A stretch of 32,000 nucleotides of DNA from contig OZ252279.1 in assembly GCA_965250005.1 (NCBI GenBank), forward strand, positions 1,890,001 to 1,922,000, written 5' to 3'. The translations under genes and the position numbers were made by a program. The DNA comes from Demequinaceae bacterium. GTDB lineage: Bacteria > Actinomycetota > Actinomycetes > Actinomycetales > Demequinaceae. Shown here piece by piece: positions 26,927-32,000 of this stretch. Within the stretch, counting starts at the first letter, position 1. Each line of letters begins with the position of its first letter. The notes under the pieces are model-generated. The model made no database searches, was not told where the DNA came from, and saw nothing but the letters and a program-made list of their open reading frames with translations.

Positions 26927-28645
26927 CTAGAGCCCGAGCGCTGAGTGGACGTCTGACTCGAGTTCTGCCATGAGCGTCTGCGCAATGGCCTCGGCTCTCG
27001 CAATGTCCGAGCCATCCACCGGAACGATCACCTCAAGGTACGCCTTGACCTTGGGCTCGGTCCCTGACGGGCGTATGATGACACGCGCTCCCGATCGGGT
27101 GGTGAGCCGCAGCCCCGTGGTGCCCGGCAGTCCGTCGATTCCCTTGCTCATGTCATCCGTCGAATCTACGGGTGAACCGCCGAGCGAGGTGGGCGGATGG
27201 GTGAGGAGGGCCTTCATGGTGGACTGGACCGTCTCGGTGTTGTCGAACCTCGCCGCGACCTGGCGGCTGAGGTGATGGCCGTATGTCTGCGAGATGAAGC
27301 CCAGAGCGTCGGCCAGGGTGTTGTTCTTGGATTTGAGGCTCGCGACCATCTCGGCGATCACCACCGCTGCAGAGATGCCGTCCTTGTCCCGTACCACCGC
27401 GGGGTCGACGCAGTAGCCGAGAGCCTCCTCGTATCCGAAGATCAGGCCTGGGGCGCGCGAGATCCATTTGAAGCCCGTCAGGGTGGCCTCGTACCGATGG
27501 CCGTGCGCGTGCGCGATCTTGGCAAGCAACTGCGACGAGACGATCGAGCTAGCGAGCGTTTGCGACCCTGGCGCCATTCGAAGACGCGCCCCGTGCGAGG
27601 CGATGTGCTCTCCGAGGAGGCCCCCGATCTGGTCTCCGTGGAGCGTGGTCCACCGCCCGTGCAGCTTGGTTGCCACCGCGCACCTGTCCGCGTCTGGGTC
27701 GTTTGCTATGACGACGTCGGCGTTGACCTGATCGGCCAAGGCGAGCGCGAGGTCCATCGCGCCTTTCTCTTCGGGGTTGGGGAAGGCGACCGTGGGGAAT
27801 GCGGGGTCCGGGTCAGCCTGCTCCGCCACCATGTGCAGGTCCGTGAATCCCGCTTCTTTGAGTGCGGCCAGGATGGTCGCGCCTCCGACGCCGTGCAACG
27901 GAGTGACGACAATCCGCGTGGTTGCGCGCGTGGACTTGTTCTCGTCAGTCAGGGGCGCCACGCATGCGGCGGCGGTGTGCACGTAATTCTCGGCGACGTT
28001 CTCACCAAGGACGGTCCAGCCCGCGTCCGCGCGCGCCACGGACTCGACACTCGTGATGTCTTCTATCCGCGATGCGATGGCTGCGTCGTGCGGGGGCACT
28101 ATCTGCGCGCCCTGACCGGCGTCGTTGACGATACGGCCGCCGAGGTACACCTTGTAGCCGTTGTCTTGAGGCGGGTTGTGCGATGCCGTAACCATGACAC
28201 CGGCGTCGGCGCTGAGAGCGCGCACGGCGTACGCGACCAGCGGAGTGGGTAGCGCGGACGGCAGCAACAGTGTGTCGTGGCCGGCGGCTGCCATGACCGC
28301 GGCGGTATCCAGCGCGAACTGGTCGGATTTGAAGCGGGCGTCGTACCCGATCACCACGCGCCCTGGCCCGGCGAGCGCGTCGGTCATGTACTGGGAGAGT
28401 CCCGCGGCGGCACGGATCACCACTGCGCGGTTCATGCGGTTGGAGCCGCCGCCTAGCGTGCCGCGCAGGCCTGCCGTGCCGAACTGCAGGAGGCCATCGA
28501 AGCGGTCTTCGAGCTCGCTGCGCGGTCCGGGGCCGCTCTTCTTGGCGCGCGCCTGCGCCAACAGATTGCTCAACTCGCTGGCAGTCTCCTCGTCAGGGTC
28601 GTCAGCAATCCAGGCTTCGACTCTCCCAAAGAGGTTTGCGCTCAC
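26927..28645 (-). CDS. Phosphosugar mutase (phosphomannomutase/phosphoglucomutase superfamily, PmmB-like)
   Basis: FGTAGLRGTLGGGSNRMN, GVMVTASHNPPQDNGYKVY, NDPDADRCAVAT, GDQIGGLLGEH, FGYEEALGYCVDP, RPSGTEPKVKAYLE. Confidence 0.93.
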   Translation of the reverse strand: MSANLFGRVEAWIADDPDEETASELSNLLAQARAKKSGPGPRSELEDRFDGLLQFGTAGLRGTLGGGSNRMNRAVVIRAAAGLSQYMTDALAGPGRVVIGYDARFKSDQFALDTAAVMAAAGHDTLLLPSALPTPLVAYAVRALSADAGVMVTASHNPPQDNGYKVYLGGRIVNDAGQGAQIVPPHDAAIASRIEDITSVESVARADAGWTVLGENVAENYVHTAAACVAPLTDENKSTRATTRIVVTPLHGVGGATILAALKEAGFTDLHMVAEQADPDPAFPTVAFPNPEEKGAMDLALALADQVNADVVIANDPDADRCAVATKLHGRWTTLHGDQIGGLLGEHIASHGARLRMAPGSQTLASSIVSSQLLAKIAHAHGHRYEATLTGFKWISRAPGLIFGYEEALGYCVDPAVVRDKDGISAAVVIAEMVASLKSKNNTLADALGFISQTYGHHLSRQVAARFDNTETVQSTMKALLTHPPTSLGGSPVDSTDDMSKGIDGLPGTTGLRLTTRSGARVIIRPSGTEPKVKAYLEVIVPVDGSDIARAEAIAQTLMAELESDVHSALGL

Positions 28646-29442
28646 GCGATCTTCCCCACGATGTCGGCCAGCAGGCGCGAGATGCGTGGACCCGCGTCGC
28701 GGCCCGCATCGAGCACTTCCTGGTGGTTGAGCTCGCCTCCAGATATTCCGGCGGCCAGGTTGGTGACGAGTGAGATTCCGAGGATTTCGAGTCCAGCCTC
28801 GCGGGCGGCGATCGCCTCAAGCGCGGTGGACATGCCGATCAAGTTCGCGCCCATCGTTGCAGCCATGCGCACCTCGGCGGGCGTCTCGTACTGCGGCCCG
28901 GAGAACTGCATGTACACGCCATCAAGCAGGCTTGGGTCTAACTCGCGCGCGAGTTCCCGCAGCCTCGGTGAGTAGACGTCGGTCAAATCAATGAACGTGG
29001 CACCCGTGAGTGGCGTCGCGCCCGTGTAGTTGATGTGGTCTGCGAGCAACACGGGAGTGCCGGGGCCCACGTCGGTTCGCGTCGACCCACACCCGTTGGT
29101 GAGGACGATTGTGTGGCAGCCCGCAGCCGCCGCCGTCCGCACGCCGTGCACCACGACCTGCGCGTCGCGGCTCTCGTAGAAGTGGTGCCGCGCGCCCAGG
29201 ACGAGCACTTTGGTTCCGGACGCCGTCAGGATTGACCGCACGTTGGAGCCGTGGCCTGGAACCGCCGCGGCCTTGAATCCAGGCACGTCTTCAGGGGCAA
29301 TAGATGCGACCTCGTCGCCCAGGAGCCCGGCGGCTTCGCCCCACCCGGAGCCCAAAACGAGGGCGATTTCGTGTGTGGCAACGCCCGTCGCGGAGGCGAT
29401 GGCGGCAGCCGCTGCTACGGCGAGATCATGTGCGGCAGTCAT
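28642..29442 (-). CDS. punA: Purine-nucleoside phosphorylase
   Basis: LVLGSGWGEAAGLLG, GHGSNVRSIL, LGARHHFYESRDAQVVVHGVRTAAAAGCHTIVLTNGCGS, GPQYETPAEVRMAATMGANLIGMSTALEAIAAR, VTNLAAGISGGELNHQEV. GTGA overlap with the mutase gene. Confidence 0.96.
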   Translation of the reverse strand: MTAAHDLAVAAAAAIASATGVATHEIALVLGSGWGEAAGLLGDEVASIAPEDVPGFKAAAVPGHGSNVRSILTASGTKVLVLGARHHFYESRDAQVVVHGVRTAAAAGCHTIVLTNGCGSTRTDVGPGTPVLLADHINYTGATPLTGATFIDLTDVYSPRLRELARELDPSLLDGVYMQFSGPQYETPAEVRMAATMGANLIGMSTALEAIAAREAGLEILGISLVTNLAAGISGGELNHQEVLDAGRDAGPRISRLLADIVGKIA

Positions 29443-29701
29443 CTCTTGAGGGTATCCCGCGTCGGCGCCCTATGCCGCGATCCTGCGACTGATTTAGCCG
29501 AAGAGGCTCGCTCCAAGTGGGTGCGTCTCGCTGAACCCTGGGAGAATCAGGAAGGTCCCCGAGGCCACGGTGGTTGAAAACGCCATCAGGTCGTCAGTTT
29601 CATCTCCACGTCGTCGAGCCTGAGTTGGCGGATGAGGCAAATAGTTCCGCCCGCGGCGGGTCCGTGCCGGTGGGCTTGGCTGATAGAACGCAGCCTAACC
29701 C

Positions 29702-29721
29702 CGCCAGCACGGTTGCTGGCG
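29702..29721. other. Short perfect hairpin upstream of the flavoprotein gene
   Basis: CGCCAGCA (29702-29709) - CGGT - TGCTGGCG (29714-29721): 8-bp stem, 4-nt loop. Confidence 0.4.
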
Positions 29722-29802
29722 CTGAGAAAGTGATGCCCAGGTAGGGTGGCATATTCGCCTCGTCGCTAGTCGAGGCACCTGACCGCTCGGAACAGGAGAC
29801 AC

Positions 29803-31200
29803 GTGCAGACTCGGCTCACGATCGTTGGCGGCGGCCCCGGAGGTTACGAGGCGGCGCTCGTTGCGACCAAGCAGGGCGCCGAAGTGACGTTAATCGAGCG
29901 CCAGGGTGTGGGCGGCAACGCGGTGCTTACCGACGTGGTGCCTTCCAAGACCATCATTGCGACGGCAGAGTGGCGGACAATCGCCGACCGCGCCCCCACT
30001 CTTGGAATTCGCAACGCCGACGGCTCAGACTCTGAGGAGATCAGCCCTCATCGAGTCGACATGGCAGCTGTGAACGCGCGGATCCGCAAGCTCGTCGGGA
30101 AGCAAACAGGTGACATTCGCGCGCGTCTTGAGTCCGACGGCGTCAGCATCGTTGAGGGCGAAGGCCGCATGGTGGGGCCTTTCAGTGTCGCGGTCCGGGA
30201 CGAGCAGATCGAATCCGACGTCACGCTGCTCGCGCTCGGGGCCAGGCCTCGCGTGCTGCCGGCGGCACTCCCTGACGGCGACCGCATCTTCACCTGGACG
30301 CAGCTCTATGAGCTCACGGAGGTCCCCGAGCGGCTGGTGGTGGTCGGCTCAGGCGTGACCGGGGCAGAGTTCGCTGGCGCCTACCAACTTCTCGGCTCCC
30401 ATGTCACGCTCGTATCCTCCTCAGATCGCGTTCTGGGAAAGCAGGACCCTGAGGCCGCGCAGTTCATCCAGGACGTCTTCGATGGCCGTGGAATGACGAT
30501 GGTGACGGGGTCACATGCCGCGACGGTCGAGAACGTTGGCACGGGGGTCAAAGTCACGTTGGTCGACGGCCGGATCGTCGAGGGCTCGCACTGCCTCATG
30601 GCGGTCGGCTCAGTTCCGAATACCGACGGTGTGGGCCTGGAAAACGCGGGTATCGCCGTAGACGAGCACGGGTTCGTTGCGGTGGACCGCGTATCGCGCA
30701 CGAGCGTGCGCGGCGTCTACGCCGCCGGTGATTGCACGGGACTACTGCCCCTGGCGTCTGTAGCGGCCATGCAGGGCCGCATAGCGGTTGCTCACGCGCT
30801 CGGCGACGCCGTGCAGCCGATCGAACTGTCCCACGTGGCCGCGAACGTCTTCACCACCCCGGAGATCGCGACGGTGGGTGCTACCGAGCAGCAGCTCAAG
30901 GATCGAGGCATTTTCTACAAGGTCTCGCGACTGGAGTTCGCGCGCAACCCCCGCGCCAAAATGCTCGGAATTGATCACGGATTCGTGAAGATCTTTGGCC
31001 ACACGGTCACCGGCATGGTGCTGGGTGCGGTGATCGTCGGCCCGCGAGCGGGCGAACACATTTTCCCGTTGGCGCTCGCCGTCACGCACCGTCTTACGGT
31101 CGACGATGTCGCTTCCACATTTACCGTGTACCCGTCGCTCAACGGCACGATCGCTGAGGCCGCGCGTCGGCTGCACAACATGACCGATCCCACGCGCTGA
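29803..31200 (+). CDS. lpdA: NAD(P)H-quinone dehydrogenase / LpdA-type flavoprotein disulfide reductase homologue
   Basis: TIVGGGPGGYEAALVATKQGAEVTLIE, GNAVLTDVVPSKTIIATAEW, VVVGSGVTGAEFAGAY, GVYAAGDCTG. The redox CxxxxC motif is missing, as in the mycobacterial LpdA group. Confidence 0.88.
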   Translation: MQTRLTIVGGGPGGYEAALVATKQGAEVTLIERQGVGGNAVLTDVVPSKTIIATAEWRTIADRAPTLGIRNADGSDSEEISPHRVDMAAVNARIRKLVGKQTGDIRARLESDGVSIVEGEGRMVGPFSVAVRDEQIESDVTLLALGARPRVLPAALPDGDRIFTWTQLYELTEVPERLVVVGSGVTGAEFAGAYQLLGSHVTLVSSSDRVLGKQDPEAAQFIQDVFDGRGMTMVTGSHAATVENVGTGVKVTLVDGRIVEGSHCLMAVGSVPNTDGVGLENAGIAVDEHGFVAVDRVSRTSVRGVYAAGDCTGLLPLASVAAMQGRIAVAHALGDAVQPIELSHVAANVFTTPEIATVGATEQQLKDRGIFYKVSRLEFARNPRAKMLGIDHGFVKIFGHTVTGMVLGAVIVGPRAGEHIFPLALAVTHRLTVDDVASTFTVYPSLNGTIAEAARRLHNMTDPTR

Positions 31201-31215
31201 CCCGACACACGAACG

Positions 31216-31255
31216 CAGCAGCGGCGACCGCCCCGAAGAGCTGCCGCCGCTGCTG
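31216..31255. terminator. Inverted repeat between convergent genes, candidate bidirectional terminator
   Basis: CAGCAGCGGCG (31216-31226) and CGCCGCTGCTG (31245-31255): 11-bp perfect arms with an 18-nt spacer, between the lpdA stop (31200) and the stop of the minus-strand gene (31267). Confidence 0.6.
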
Positions 31256-31266
31256 AGAAGCAGTTG

Positions 31267-31998
31267 CTAGTTGTCGACAGCCACCGTGAAGCTGAAGCTG
31301 AAGTGATCTGACAGCGGAGAGTCGCCAATCACAAAATCGGTGATGGTGACGCCCTCGTAGAACGCGTAGTCGATCCGCGCGTGGAAGTCGGCACCGTTGT
31401 AGGTGTCCGCCTCGCCAACGAGATCGTCCTGAGCGCTAGCGAACCGCTCGAGCATGAGCTCGATGACTTCGCTCTCGGGGGTGTCGTTGAAGTCGCCAGC
31501 GACCACAGCAGCGGGCGCATCGGACACCTCGGCAAGGAACGCCTCGGCCTGCTCTACGCGCGTCGAGTCGTCGTCCTTGTGCTGCAGGTGGATTGCCGTG
31601 AACTGGATTGGACCCGAAGCCGTTTCGATGCTCGCGACCATCGCCGATCGACCCTGCGGGCCCGTTCCATAAGGAAGCGTGATGCGTTGCACGTCAGTGA
31701 ATTCGTAGCGCGAGAGGATCGCGTTTCCGAACTGGTGGTCGTGGGCGCCTACGTACACGTAGTGCATGTTGAGTGCATCGGCGAGGTACTGGAGTATGTC
31801 TGTTCCGCCAGCGAGGATCCAGCCGCGCGTCACCTCTTGGATCATGACAACGTCGGGGTTCTGGGACGCGATTTCTGCGGCGATCGCATCGAGATCGACG
31901 TCTGGTCCGCCCCCAAGTCCGGGAGTGACGCCGTAGTGAACGTTCCAGGACACCATCTTGAGTTCGCTGGGAAGCCCCGACGGGGCACTCCCGGCTCC
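31267..31998 (-). CDS. Endonuclease/exonuclease/phosphatase-family protein (5' end outside the window)
   Basis: VSWNVHYG, NPDVVMIQEVTRG, VVAGDFNDTPESEVIELM, RIDYAFYEG, SPLSDHFSFSFTV. The frame stays open upstream of the Met at 31956 to the window edge (GAGSAPSGLPSELKMVSWNVHYG), so the true start is probably beyond the window. Confidence 0.88.
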   Translation of the reverse strand, partial: GAGSAPSGLPSELKMVSWNVHYGVTPGLGGGPDVDLDAIAAEIASQNPDVVMIQEVTRGWILAGGTDILQYLADALNMHYVYVGAHDHQFGNAILSRYEFTDVQRITLPYGTGPQGRSAMVASIETASGPIQFTAIHLQHKDDDSTRVEQAEAFLAEVSDAPAAVVAGDFNDTPESEVIELMLERFASAQDDLVGEADTYNGADFHARIDYAFYEGVTITDFVIGDSPLSDHFSFSFTVAVDN

Positions 31999-32000
31999 GT

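Noticed and set aside
27197-28252. Plus-strand ORF of 351 aa opposite the phosphosugar mutase
   Set aside because: Antisense shadow; the minus strand encodes conserved catalytic motifs across the same span.

Overview
This 32 kb window comes from a high-GC actinobacterium, probably Micrococcales-like (inferred from protein style and gene order only). Two parts are visible. (1) Positions 1-7138 are an accessory segment of visibly lower GC. It encodes one giant Rhs/YD-repeat protein, cut off at its 5' end by the window edge. The protein carries an embedded FG-GAP/VCBS beta-propeller array, an Rhs core motif, and a roughly 290-aa variable C-terminal tip that is the candidate toxin. A 127-aa ORF follows with an ATGA start/stop overlap and is a strong positional candidate for the immunity gene. 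(2) The rest is a mostly conserved chromosomal backbone: ECF sigma factor / zinc anti-sigma / HtrA protease / tatB; trpS; an orphan lipoprotein; sdhCDAB; a mannose-1-phosphate guanylyltransferase; a nucleoside uptake and salvage cassette (BMP-type binding protein, ABC ATPase, two permeases, cdd, deoA, an unannotated C39-like protein, add); a phosphosugar mutase; punA; an LpdA-type flavoprotein; and a 5'-truncated endonuclease/exonuclease/phosphatase-family gene. The best leads for undescribed biology are the Rhs tip plus its overlapping downstream ORF, and the C39-like protein embedded in the nucleoside operon. No CRISPR arrays, tRNAs, rRNAs or intact transposases were recognised.
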